A DNA stretch of 64,000 nucleotides. Origin: Mobula birostris (lineage: Eukaryota). Position 1 is the first letter of the stretch. Each line of letters opens with the position of its first letter. Below the pieces are notes generated by a model. The model made no database searches and was not told the origin of the DNA. It saw nothing but the letters and a program-made list of their open reading frames with translations. Shown piece by piece: positions 27,335 to 39,119 of the stretch. Position numbers and translations under genes: made by a program. Location: positions 125,473,492 through 125,537,491 of the forward strand of contig NC_092372.1 of the NCBI RefSeq assembly GCF_030028105.1, read 5' to 3'.

Positions 27335-28870
27335 AATGGATTGAATTTTGAATGTACTTTATAACTTGTATCCTTCATATACATGAGGAGTAAATCCTCT
27401 ATACATCTCCATCTAAATGTGCAATTTAGAGTAATTTGTAATAAATAGTACGTACAACAGGACAGTCACCATAACATAGAAATACAATTATATCAGCGTG
27501 AATTAATCAGTCTGATGGCCTGGTGGAAGAAGCTGTCCTGGAGCCTGTTGGTCCTGGCTTTTAGACTGCGATACCGTATTCTGGATGGGAGGAGCTGGAA
27601 TAGATTGTGGTTGGGGTGGCTCGGGTCCCCAATGATCCTTCTGGCCCTTTTCACACACCTGTCTTTATAAAATGGTCCTGAATAGCCGGAAGTTCAGATT
27701 TACAGATGCGCTGGGCTGTCTGCACCACTCTCTGCAGAGTCCTGTGATTGAGGGAAGTACAGTTCCCATACCAGGCAGTGATGTAGCCAGTCAGGATGCT
27801 CTCAATTGTGCCCCTGTGGTTAAAGTTCTTAGAATTTGGGGACCCATACCAAACTTCTTCAACCGTCTGAGGTGTAAAAGGCGCAGTCGTGCCTTTTTCA
27901 TCACACAGCCAGTTTGTACAGACCACCTGAGATCCTCGGTGATGTTTATACCAGGGAACATAAATTTGTTCACCCTCTCAACCCCAGATCCATTGACGTC
28001 AATGGGGTTAGCCTGCCTCCATTCCTCCTGTAGTCCACAACCAGCTCCTCTTTTTTTGAGACATTGAGGGAGAGGTTGCTTTCTTGACACCACTGTGTCA
28101 GAGAGATGATTTCTTCCCTGTCGGCTGCCTTGTTATTATTTGAGACAAGGCCAATCAATGTAGTGTCATCGGCAAATTTAATTAACAGATTGGAACTGTG
28201 GGTGGCAACACAGTCATGGGTATACAGAGAGTAAAGCAGGGGGCTTAGGACACAGCCCTGAGGGGCACCTCTGTTGAGGGTCAGAGGGGCAGAGGTGAGG
28301 GAGTCCATTCTTACCACATGCCAGCAATCTGACAGGAAGTCCAGGATCCAACTGCACAAGGCAGGGTTAAGGCCAAGGTCTTTGAGCTTCTTGTCAAGCC
28401 TAGAGGGAACTATAGTGTTGAATGCTGAACTGTAGTCCAAGAACAGCATTCTCACATAAGCATCCCTCTTCTCCAGGTGTGCAAGGACAATATGTAGAGC
28501 TGTGGCTAACATGTTGTCTGTTGATTGGTTGTGTCAGTAGGTGAACTGTTGGGGTCCAGTTTGGGTGGTAGCAAGCTGCAGATGTAGTCCTTGACCAGCC
28601 TCTCAAAGCATTTGCTAAGTATTGAGGTGAGTGCGACAGGACGCCAGTCGTTCAGACATGTTGCCTTGGTACAGGGACAACGTTGGATGTTTTGAAGCAG
28701 GAGGACACTCTACACTGGCAGAAGGAGAGATTAAAACTGACTGTAAACACACTTGTCAGTTGTGCCGTACACATCCTGAGTACCCGCCCTGGGATGCCAT
28801 CCAGTCCCGCAGCCTTGCGACTGCCCACTCATTGGAAACTGCTGCTAAGTTAACAAATTTCACCACACAT
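27335..28870 (-). mobile_element. Rex1-type LINE RT and 3' end
   Basis: ORF 27970-28512 (VRMLFLDYSSAFNTI, GAPQGCVLSPLLYSLYTHDC, KFADD) and downstream fragments. Confidence 0.85.
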
Positions 28871-29145
28871 GCCAGTGATAATAAGCCTGATTCTGATTCT
28901 TTGGGAATGGCAACAATACTGTACTGACTACTCTAGTCTCAGCCCTATAGAATTAGCCCTTTTTTTCCCCAATTCCTTTTATCTAAAGGATTTATCATTA
29001 TTCACAGAAGCAGGGTCAGTGGCAATTTTATTATAAAATTCCGTGCAGATACGTCACAATAGATTTAACAATAATCAGATGAAGAACTACCACTAACCCT
29101 GAATAAATCCTGAGCAAACAATCCCTTATTCTGAAAAGGGACCTC

Positions 29146-29988
29146 TGTTACGTAACCGGCAACAATGAATATTAATCGAGACAGGTTTTATAAAAACAAC
29201 CAAACATTTATTAAACATGTAAAAGTGATAGGGGGAAAAAAAAAAAAGGAAAACTTTAACCGGAGGTTAACAGGTATGCAGCCGTTCACCAACTCCACTC
29301 GGCTCTGGTTCTTAAAGCGATACAATCAGATATAGTTCTTAAAGCGATAACTTCAAAAGTCCAACAGTTTTACACATTCAATCGGGAGAGACTTCTCTGG
29401 AGAACGATTTCTTCACCGACGCACCTTTACTGCCAGTTCTGTCCACAGGATTCCCGATGCCGAAAATAAACAGTTTAAATCAACTGACCTTAAATTCCTT
29501 TTAGAGAGACAGAGCCTTTGCATGAACTCATTGTGCTATTGCTAGAGTTATCTCAATGCAGCTTCTCTTCAACGAAGACTCAGTAAGGTCGATCCTTTAT
29601 TAAACTGCCAACCGATGCCGACTTCTCTCGATCCTTCACTTCGATGAATTCTTCACTCTCCCTTCAAAACTGTTGGAATTGAGTAAATTGGCACTTCCAG
29701 CCACGAATTTCCAGTCCAAGTAATATGGAATCTTCCAACAGAACGTACAACCGTTTTAAAAATGAAACTGCGTCACAAAAACAAACGCAACAGAAACGGA
29801 GGCACAACACGTTCTACCTGGAAATCTACAAACTCAAAAACCTACTGCGTCACCTGAGTCGACCCTTATATAGTCACGGGGCACGTCATCACATGACCTC
29901 ATGACGGCAGGAAAATCACATCAGGTGACCTCCAAAAGACCATTACAGCATTCTCACCAAAAAAAAAGATCTCCTTGAGCATGTAACA
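29146..29988 (-). mobile_element. Solo LTR (843 bp) in an OARD1 intron
   Basis: Termini TGTTAC...GTAACA; 4-bp TSD cctc (29142-29145 / 29989-29992); TATA-like (29865-29873) and AATAAA (29207-29212) on the minus strand. Confidence 0.85.
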
Positions 29989-30234
29989 CCTCTAGTACAA
30001 TACTAGATAACCTGTAAATCTGTGAAACTTTTTCTTTTAAAAAAAAGATTTTAATCTAATATAAAATGTTTCCCTTGACGTCCACATACACACACAGGAG
30101 AATAGAGCACAGGCCAGCAACGAAAGAACTTAAGCAAATATTTCACCAGTCACAAGAATATTTGGTTTAAGTTTTAGTGTCAAACCAAGATGTACGTTCT
30201 ATCAGTGAACAATAACTTCACTTCAATCTCTTAC

Positions 30235-30388
30235 TTTGGCTCCGTAGCTCTGCGATGGATTGGAACTTATTTCTGAATGCAACTGCTATCCCTGCTCCCA
30301 TACGGCAGTCCTCACTGATGCAGTGTGCCAGTGATTCTTCTGCTGGACACTGGAACAGATCACCAGTCACGTATGAGACAGCAAAGCC
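30235..30388 (-). CDS. OARD1: OARD1 coding exon 2 (154 nt)
   Basis: ag|[51 protein letters not shown]|gtaag; macrodomain GDL and MGAGIA motifs. Confidence 0.95.
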
Positions 30389-30759
30389 CTATGACGGCAA
30401 AGAAAATCAGTTACAGAAATTTAACAGCTGGCTCACCGTCCCCAGTATCTTATTCCACCCGTGCTCAGAATTCCCCATTGATATAGTTATTTTCACCATC
30501 GAAAGCATACCTAATATGCACCCCGTGGGGAGGACATACAGGTGACGCCAGAATTGAACTCAACTCCGATGCCCCCCGCTGTAAGAACATTGCCCTAAGC
30601 ATTACCCCATCATGATGCCCACAGGATGGTGTAAACGACTGCTTGATATTTGGCACGGACTTGCTGGACCAAAGACCTGTTCCAGTGCTGTCCACCGGAC
30701 ACAAAGAGGCAAACGCACGTGAGCATTCAATTCAAGAGGACTTAAGTGTATAAGCAAGG

Positions 30760-31360
30760 AAATAATACTGACACTTTATAAGGCATTGGTTGGACTGCAC
30801 TTGGTGAGGCTCCACTTGGAGTACTGAAAGCAATTTTTGGCTCTTTATCTAAGAAAGGATCTACTGACATTGGAGAGGGTCAAGAAGAGGTTCATGAGAA
30901 TGGTCCCTGGAGTGAAAGGCTAACATATCAGGAGTGTATGATGGTTCCTAGCCTGTAGTCGCTGGAGTTCAGCAGAATCGGGGAGGGGGCGGGATCTCAT
31001 TGAAAGCTATCGAATGTTGAAAGGGCTGGATAGAGTGGATGTAGGAAGGATGTTTCCCAGAGTGGGTGAATCTAGGACCAGAGGGCACAGCCTCAGAATA
31101 GAGAGACGTCCACTTAGAATACAGATGGTGAATATTTTAGTCAGAGGATGGTGAATCTGTGGAATTCATTGCCACAGATGGATGTGGAGGCCAAGTCATT
31201 GGGTATATTTAAAGCAGAGGGTTGAGAGGTTCAGGATTAGTTAAAGAATCAAAAGGTTACAGGGAGAAGGTGGGAGAATGGGATTGAGAAAGATAACAAA
31301 TCAGCCATTACCGAATGCCAGAGCAGACTTGATGGGCCAAATGGCCTAATTCTGCTTCTA
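30760..31360 (+). mobile_element. CR1 3' fragment
   Basis: Degenerate CR1 C-terminus and 3' UTR ending ctgcttctatgttttatgg. Confidence 0.75.
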
Positions 31361-31640
31361 TGTTTTATGGATATTATTAGAGACGATAATAATTCAGTCA
31401 GAGATGGCCTTAAGGACCCTTTAAAAAAAAAGGTAATTTCCAGGAAGTTCAGGGCGTGAGCAACTGCTGAAGATATGGCCAAAGCAAAAACTAATGGGTC
31501 AGAACTGGAGAAGCAGTAGCCTTGACATTATATCAGGCAAACATCATTAGTCTTACATTATGATGAACTTCTTTTGGTTCCTTAATAAAGTAAAATGCAG
31601 CTTATTTTTAGGCAGATTATGATTACATTCACATACTCAC

Positions 31641-31673
31641 ATTGTGCTTTGGTGCTTTCTCAGTATAATCCAT
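31641..31673 (-). CDS. OARD1: OARD1 probable first coding exon (MDYTEKAPKHN)
   Basis: ATG at 31673-31671 in aggATGg context; strong phase-0 donor gtgagt matching the phase-0 acceptor of exon 2; similar length to the human N-terminal exon. Confidence 0.7.
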
Positions 31674-31869
31674 CCTTTTGGTTATCCTACCTGCTGAAGA
31701 TAACAGGAGTGTTTATTTAACTACACAATTCTCCTGATCCTGCCTGATACTGGTTAATTATCTACTCTACTGCTTCTAGAACGGCTGAAACACAATATTC
31801 TCCAACACCGGCTCTTCAGTTGTTTAGGTGCTCAAACTTCCCTCCCTCCAACTCTCTCCCCCTCCCCAC

Positions 31870-32110
31870 TTTGTAAAGAAAAGAAGACATAGGAGCAGAA
31901 CTAGGCCATTCAGCCCATCCAGTCTGTCCCACCATTCAACCAAGCTTGACCAACTATCCCATTCTCCCACATTCTTTCTGCAATCCTTGATGCCCTTCCT
32001 AATCCAGAATCTATCAGCCTCTGCTTTAAATATACCTGATGACTTGTCCTCCACAGCTGTCTGTGGCAACAAATTCACCAACCTCTGGCTAAAGAACTTC
32101 CTCATGTGTT
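31870..32110 (-). mobile_element. CR1 3' end fragment
   Basis: MRKFFSQRLVNL...GIFKAEADRF and 3' UTR. Confidence 0.7.
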
Positions 32111-32234
32111 CTAAATGAACATGTATTTTTAAAAATTTTTTTCATTAACTTTGCTTTGCTAACCTGTCAAATTTCAATTATTATATTCCTGCAAACACCA
32201 TTAGCATATTAAATATATATATTTTTTTAATTGA

Positions 32235-32470
32235 GACACAGCCCAGAATAGCCTTCCAGCCCCTCGAGCTGCACCATCCAACAACCCTTAATTTCACTTA
32301 GCCAATTAACCTACCAACCATTAAGTTTTTGGACTGTGGTAGGAAACTGAAGCACCCAGAGGAAACCCATGAGGTCACGGGGCAAATGTATAAACTCCTT
32401 ACAGGCAACGGCCGGCTGTAAACCCAGGTCACTGGTACTGTAAAGCACTGCGCAAACCACTATGTTCATG
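32235..32470 (-). mobile_element. tRNA-derived SINE (V-SINE/HE1-like)
   Basis: tRNA-like head on - and core gggtttcctctgggtgcttcagtttcctaccacagtccaaaa. Confidence 0.6.
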
Positions 32471-33299
32471 TGCTTAAATGCTTTGCAAACAACTGTGGGA
32501 TATTATTGAAACCTTCAATAAAGTATATCCTCATCCAATATGGGAAAGGCTTAAAAAACATTCTTACAAACTCCTACACAAAACTTTATTACAAGGCAAG
32601 CTACTGATCTAGGCATTTTGGACAGGCAAATACCACATATGACATCTTTCTTTGCTGGATTTAGTGGATAACATTAATTAAGACAGCAAACTTTGGTTGC
32701 TTTGTGGTGCTGCAGAGAAAAAGCTGAAGCTGAGTGTTTTGAAACTCATATAGAGCAAAGAATACCTGCCACAAATTGATCTTATGAAATCATAGGCACC
32801 AAGATCTTCCACAGCAGGCTCGGGCTGGCCCTGGGAAGGAGAATGCAGCAGAACCGCGAAGATGGGGACAGAGAAGGTACGTGGAAGGGCACCATTTGAA
32901 ACAGATACCAGATGAAAAACTTGGAGCCAGGATCTTTTATCAGGGAACCTACTAAAACTTAAAGATTCATTTTCCTTAAGAACATTTTAAAAAAACATTT
33001 AAATTTAAACAAGGTTTCAGATAAGGCCATTCCATTGGTTCCTACGTCAATCTATTCCTGCAATTTTTTAATGCCTGTTCCCAAACCACCCCCCCCCCCC
33101 CCCCACCGACCCCAATGAGAACACTCGGACAGCTCATGCCCTACAGCCAGCTCCTGGAATATCAACATGGAGCATTTATTGACGTTAAAGGGGTAACGTA
33201 GTTTTGGCTACAAACGAGATTCTATCAAGGTATATATTAACTGCTACACAAAAATAAAAAAAGGAAGCGTGCCCACCAAATGAACAATAACTCTTACAG

Positions 33300-34450
33300 A
33301 ACAGCCACTAACAGACAATCCACTGTAGTGAGGGGCAGAAAGCTCGCCAGATCGCGGTTGGAATAACGCCAGGGGACAATTAAAGACGCCGCGCAGTTCA
33401 CAAGGGTCCAACACACACACACACACACAATGCTGGAGGAACTCAGCAGGCCAGGCAGAAACTATGGAAAGAGTAAACAGTCGACGTTTAGGGTGGAGAA
33501 CCTTATACTGGGAAGGAAGGGGAGCAGTCGGGCTCTTTTCTTGATGCTGCCTGGCCTGCCGAGTTCCTCCAGCATTTTGTCTGCGTTGCTTTGGATTTCT
33601 ACCGTCTGCAGACTTTCTCGTGTTTACCAAGGTGGACTCCCGAGCCTTCTGACCCTGGAGACGGGAGGGGGCCGTATAGTTGCACCGCACGTTGCTCCGG
33701 GCTTCAAGAGTGTGGGCAAGAGGTATTGTGACCCAGCCCGACATCTACGGCAGGTTTCCGCGTCGCCGTCTCCGACTCCGAGCGATGATAATCTCGTTGG
33801 AGAGGTCGGGGAGACAACGGGTCGGGTCGGGGAGTTGACTGTACGGAACCTGCCAGTACTGCGGCGGCTTGAGGTGGGGAGATCCCAGCCCTTCCTGCCA
33901 ATATAAAACCGTCGCCCTAGCCCAGCCGAAGCGGTAAACGGAAGAGAAATACCAGAGATGGCGCAGTCAGACTGCAAACCGAATGAAAATTGAAGTACTG
34001 GAAGGACCCTGGGAAGGAGTCGGTATTGTGTGTCTGTGTCCTGACCCGCTTGTCCTTCCTGCCGCGGCGTTTTCTGTTTTCGTTCAAAATGCGCCAGGTG
34101 GAAGCTGTACAGAGATTTTTCAGCAACAGAAAGTGTGGCAGCAATGCGGAATTTCCTGTCCCTGAGATGACGTTCGAGCCGCTGAATTGTGTTGTTCCTC
34201 TAGAGTCGGGCTGCGTCACTTTAGAGGCAGTATTACAATCATTCTTAAAAATTAAAGTAATTTTATCAAATACACTAGCTCTGACCACTGCACAGCCAAC
34301 TGTCTCATTCTGTTCGCCGTTTCAATAACTTTTGATTATTTTTACAAATATTAATTGCTACGGAAGGAATAAATCTGCTAGGCGTTACGTTTACGCGGGT
34401 AAAAATGTGCCAGCTTTCGTTTAAATAATAAACATTGGGACGGGCGTGAA
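33300..34450. promoter_or_regulatory. CpG-island-like promoter of OARD1, probably bidirectional
   Basis: Sharp rise in CpG density against the AT-rich flanks; CCAAT at about 33899, CGGAAG (ETS-like) and GATGGCG (YY1-like) at about 33939-33963; minus-strand donors at 33627 and 33297. Confidence 0.7.
33412..33625. repeat. Penelope-terminus-derived hairpin (MITE-like) element
   Basis: 30-bp inverted arms 33429-33458 / 33547-33576 (29/30 complementary), preceded by (CA)n. Confidence 0.8.
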
Positions 34451-35758
34451 AGGAATGGTTAACTACATCTCCTCTTGAAGCTATTGTTTCCAAAAAGTAA
34501 TAGGGTTGACCTCCTGAAAGTGGGACATTCACTTTTAGTTTAAAGTATGTACAACAATGAATTTTCCAGCAAGACTCTGTGAAACGAGTGCCAGTTTTAT
34601 ATAAGTAAAAACTGGGTTATTCTCAAGCCTTGAGCCTTGATCAAACCATGTTTGATGCACCATCCGATGCAAAACCAATGCAATTTACAAGACTCTGGCC
34701 ACATCTTTTGATTTCCTCGTCAATCAAATTGAATATTTTCTCCTGTAGCCTCTTGCACCGGAATTAAACCAAGAAATCCAGTTACTTTGTCCTATCACTT
34801 AAAAATTGAACTAAAATGCACAAGTGTTTTTGTGTTGTAATGTCAGTAGATTCATCTATAATGATGGCATATTTCTTGTTCTGAAAGTCATCAATGAGAT
34901 TAGCTTTCAGTGCAGGCGAAATGATGTTTTTGATTAAGCATGCACATTTAGTTTTATGTAACTTTATGTGCTCCAGTGTGCTCCCATGCTCATCTGCTAT
35001 CATGATTTCACTCAGGTGGTCAACTGTACGCATCGCACAATGGCAGGTCATGCTTACAGCAATTTGCAGCTCTACTGCCTTAACTTTATCTGTAGGAACG
35101 GTACGGGAGGATTGGAGGGAGGCGAATGTTGTTCCGTTGTTCAAAAAAGGTAGTAGGGATAGTCTGGGTAATTATAGACCAGTGAGCCTTATGTCTGCGG
35201 TGGGAAAGCTGTTGGAAAAGATTCTTAGAGATAGGATCTATGGACACTTAGAGAAACATGGTCTGATCAGGGATAGTCAGCATGGCTTTGTGAAGGGCAG
35301 ATCGTGTCTAACAAGCCTGATAGAGTTCTTTCAGGAGGTGACCAGGCATATAGATGAGGGTAGTGCAGTGGATGTGATCTAGATGGATTTTAGTAAGGCA
35401 TTTGACAATGTTCCACACCGTAGGCTTATTCAGAAAGTCAGAAGGCATGGGATCCAGGGGAGTTTGGCCAGGTGGATTCAGAATTGGCTTGCCTGCAGAA
35501 AGCAGAGGGTTGTGATGGAGGGAAGACATTCGGATTGGAGGGTTGTGACTAGTGGTGTCCCACAAGGATCACTTCTGGGACCTCTACTTTTCGTGATTTT
35601 TATTAATGATCTGGATGTGGGGGTAGAAGGGTGGGTTGGCAAGTTGGTGGTGTTGTGGATATGTAGAGGATTGTTGAAGATTGCAGAGAGACATTGATAG
35701 GATGCAGAAGTGGGCTGAGAAGTGGCAGATGGAGTTCAACCCAGAGAAGTGTGAGGTG

Positions 35759-37671
35759 AATTCCAAAAGATGCTGGAATTTCAAGCAACACACACAAAAA
35801 TGCTGGTGAACGCAGCAGGCCAGGCAGCATCTATAGGAAGAGGTACAGTCGATGTTTCGGGCCGAGACCCTTCGTCAGGACTAACTGAAATTAGAGCTAG
35901 TAAGAGATTTGAAAGTGGGAGGGGGAGGGGGAGATCCGAAATGATAGGAGAAGACAGGAGGGGGAAGGATGGAGCCAAGAGCTGGAAAGTTAATTGGCAA
36001 AAGGGATGTGAGAGGATCATGGGACGGGAGACCTGGGGAGAAAGAAAGGGGGAGGGGGGGGGAAGCCCAGAGGATGGGCAAGGAGTATAGTGAGAGGGAC
36101 AGAGGGAGAAAAAGGAGAGAGAGGGAGAGAAAAAATTAATAATAATAATAAATAAATATCGGATACGAGGGGGAGGTGGGGCATTAACAGAAGTTAGAGA
36201 AGTCAATGTTCATGCCATCAGGTTGGAGGCTATTCAGACGAAATATAAGGTGTTGTTCCTCCAACCTGTGTGTGGCTTCATCTTGACAGTAGAGGAGGCC
36301 GTGGATAGACATATCAGAATGGGAATGGGACATGGAATTAAAATGTGTGGCTACCGGGAGATCCTGTTTTCTCTGGCGGACATAGCGTAGGTGTTCAGCG
36401 AAACGGTCTCCCAGCCTGCGTCGGATCTTGCCAATATATAGAAGGCCACATCGGGAGCACTGGACTCAGTATATCACCCCAGTCGACTCACAAGTGAAGT
36501 GTCGCCTCACCTGGAAGGTCTGGGGTCCTGAATGGTGGCGAGGGAGGAAGTGTAAGGGCATGTGTAGCACTTGTTCTGCTTAAAAGGATAAGTGCCGGGA
36601 GGGAGGTCGGTGGGAAGGGATGGAGGGGACAAATGGGCAAGGGAGTCGCGTAGGGACCAATCCCTGCGAAAAGTGGGGGGGGGGGGGCGGGGGAGGAAAA
36701 GATGTACTTAGTGGTGGATCCCGTTGGAGATGGCAGAAGTTACGGAGAATTATATGTTGGACCCGAAGGCTGGTGGGGTGGTAGGTGAGGACAAGGGGAA
36801 CCCTATTCCTAGTGGGGTGGCGGGAGGATGGAGTGAGAGCAGATGTGTGTGAAATGGGGGAGATGCGTTTGAGAGCAGAGTTGATAGTGGAGGAAGGGAA
36901 GCCCCTTTATTTAAAAAAGGAGGACATCTCCTTCGTCCTGGAATGAAAAGCCTCACCCTGAGAGCAGATGTGGTGGAGACGGAGGAATTGCGAGAAGGGG
37001 ATGGCATTTTTGCAAGAGACAGAGTGAGAAGAGGAATAGTCCAGATAGCTGTGAGAGTCCGTTGGCTTATAGTAGACATCAGTAGATAAGCTGTCTCCAG
37101 AGATAGAGACAGAAATATCAAGAAAGGGGAGGGAGATGTTGGAAATGGACCAGGTAAACTTGAGGGCAGGGTGAAAGTTGGAGGCAAAGTTAATTAAGTC
37201 AACGAGCTCAGCAACTGTGCAGGAAGCAGCGCCAACGCCGTCGTCGATGTAGCGAAGGAAAAGAGGGGGACAGATACCAGTATAGGTTTGGAACATAGAT
37301 TGTTCCACAAAGCCGACAAAAAGGCAGGCATAGCTTGGAACCATTTGGGTCCCCATGGCTACATCCTTAGTTTGGAGGAAGTGGGAGGAGGCAAAGGAGA
37401 AATTATTAAGATTAAGGATTAATTCCGCTAGACGGAGCAGAGTGGTGGTAGAGGGGAACTGGTTAGCTCTGGAATCCAAAAATAAGTGGAGAGCTTTGAG
37501 ACATTCCTGGTGGGGGATGGAGGTATATAGGGACTGGACATCCATGGTGAAAATAAATCCATGGTGGGGGCCAGGGAACTTAAAATCATTGAAAAAATTC
37601 AGAGTGTGAGAAGTGTCACAAACATAGGTAGGAAGGGATTGAACAAGGGGGGATAAAACAGTGTCGAGGTA
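35759..37671 (-). mobile_element. Penelope-like element (RT plus GIY-YIG endonuclease), 5'-truncated
   Basis: MDVQSLYTSIP, AMG, RYIDD, LPFLD, YYKPTDSHSYL, then GVIY..CSRC..YIG at about 36230-36520; 12-bp TSD aagtgtgaggtg (35747-35758 / 37672-37683). Confidence 0.92.
35845..35884 (-). ncRNA. Minimal type I hammerhead ribozyme in a Penelope terminal repeat
   Basis: UUAGUC-CUGACGA-A-GGGU(CUCG)GCCC-GAAAC-AUC-GACUG: catalytic core, stem II and stem I (AGUC/GACU). Confidence 0.75.
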
Positions 37672-39119
37672 AAGTGTGAGGTGGTACACTTTGGAAGGAC
37701 AAACTCCAAGGCAGAGTACAAAGTAAATGGTAGGATATTTGGTAGTGTGGAGGAGCAGAGGGATCTGGAGATACATGTCCACAGATCACTGAAAGTTGCC
37801 TCACAGATAGATAATTAAGAAAGCTTACGGGGTGTCGCGAGGTAATGATGCAGCTCTATAAAACTCTGATTAGGCCGCACTTGGTGTACAGTGTCCAGTT
37901 CTGGTTGCCTCACTATAGGAAGGATGTGGAAGCATTGGAAAGGGTACAGAGGAGATGTACCAGGATGCTGCCTGGTTTAGAGAGTGTGCATTATGATCAG
38001 AGATTAAGGGAGCTAGGGCTTTACTCTCTGGAGAGAAGGAGGATGAGAGGAGACATGATAGAGGTACACAAGATATTAAGGGGAATAGATAGAGTGTACA
38101 GCTCGTGCCTCTTCCCCAGGGCACCACTGCTCAATACAAGAGGACATGGCTTTAAGGTAAGGGGTGGGAAGTTCAAGGGGGATATTAGAGGAAGGTTTTT
38201 TACTCAGAGAGTGGTTGGTGCGTGGAATGCACTGCCTGAGTCAGTGGTGGAGGCAGATACACTAGTGAAATTTAAGAGACTATTAGACAGGTATATGGAG
38301 GAACCTAAGGTGGGGGGTTATATGGGAGGCAGGGTTTGAGGGTCGGCACAACACTGTGGGCCGAAGGGCCTGAACTGTGCTGTACTATTCTATGTTCTAT
38401 ATTATCTTGCCTTTGTTACATTAAGTTGCGTATGGCCTTTTGATGGTTTTCTCCGTTTGGTTTCTCCGATTTTTCATGATTTGAAAGGTTGCTAGTTCTT
38501 GGTACAATAGTGCAGTGGCACAATTTACATTAAACTGCCTCCGATCCATCAGCAGTCTTTTGGACCCATACAAATGTTTCTTCCCATTTGCTATTGTACT
38601 TACGATTGCTATCGTAAGAAGCTTTCCATTTCTTTGACGAGATGCCCATGGGTGTTGATAATAAATGATTTATAAAAACAGCCGAAGGCGTCACAGTTTC
38701 ACCACAAAACGTTATTACTTATAGAAAGTACACTTTACGGTCGATTTGTATGATCATAAATCACATCCAAAACACTTTGGAGGTCCGAGACAAACTGGAC
38801 GCGGACGTGACCATGTGGCCGACTTGCCGGCTGGCGCCTCCTTGCCCAGACTCTTGGCGGCAGAAATATTGCCAAATGTAACTGACCAAAAAAAAACATT
38901 CTTCTTAAAGGAAAATGTTTTAGAAAAAGAATGGTATGTAATTTTCGTGCAGATAATTTTAGCGTGTAAAAAAGCCAGGAAAAAGCTAAATGAATTTTCT
39001 GATGCTAACCAAATTGGGAAAAAGCCAGATTTCTGGAAGTTGGCGCCGAAAAAGCCAATCTGGTAACCCTGTAAAAAGACTTGAATTGTTAGTTATCGAA
39101 ATGGTTGTAAATCGGAAGG

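Larger units (their letters stand above)
35092..38401 (+). mobile_element. 5'-truncated CR1 inserted in the hAT transposase
   Basis: RT EDWREANVVPLFKKG...PQGSLLGP (35092-35758) resumes at 37672 and runs to the C-terminal ORF 37845-38339 and tail ctatgttctat; candidate TSD ttatct (35086-35091 / 38402-38407). Confidence 0.88.
34501..39071 (-). mobile_element. hAT DNA transposon (Tip100/Zaphod-like), internally deleted and split by a CR1
   Basis: Ends tagggttgacc / ctggtaaccctg. N-terminal zinc-finger-like RKYNSKWEETFVWV..CKLC..NLSNHEKS at about 38650-38420; core IIIDESTDITTQKHLCILV...FASDGASNMV at 35085-34640. Confidence 0.75.

Noticed and set aside
30437-30500. MGNSEHGWNKILGT|gtgagc as the OARD1 first exon
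   Set aside because: Would need a 48-nt intron, and it adjoins a SINE fragment; 31641-31673 is a better candidate
33430-33977. 117-166-aa ORFs in the CpG island
   Set aside because: GC-rich DNA with few stops, partly made of the Penelope hairpin; no recognisable domain
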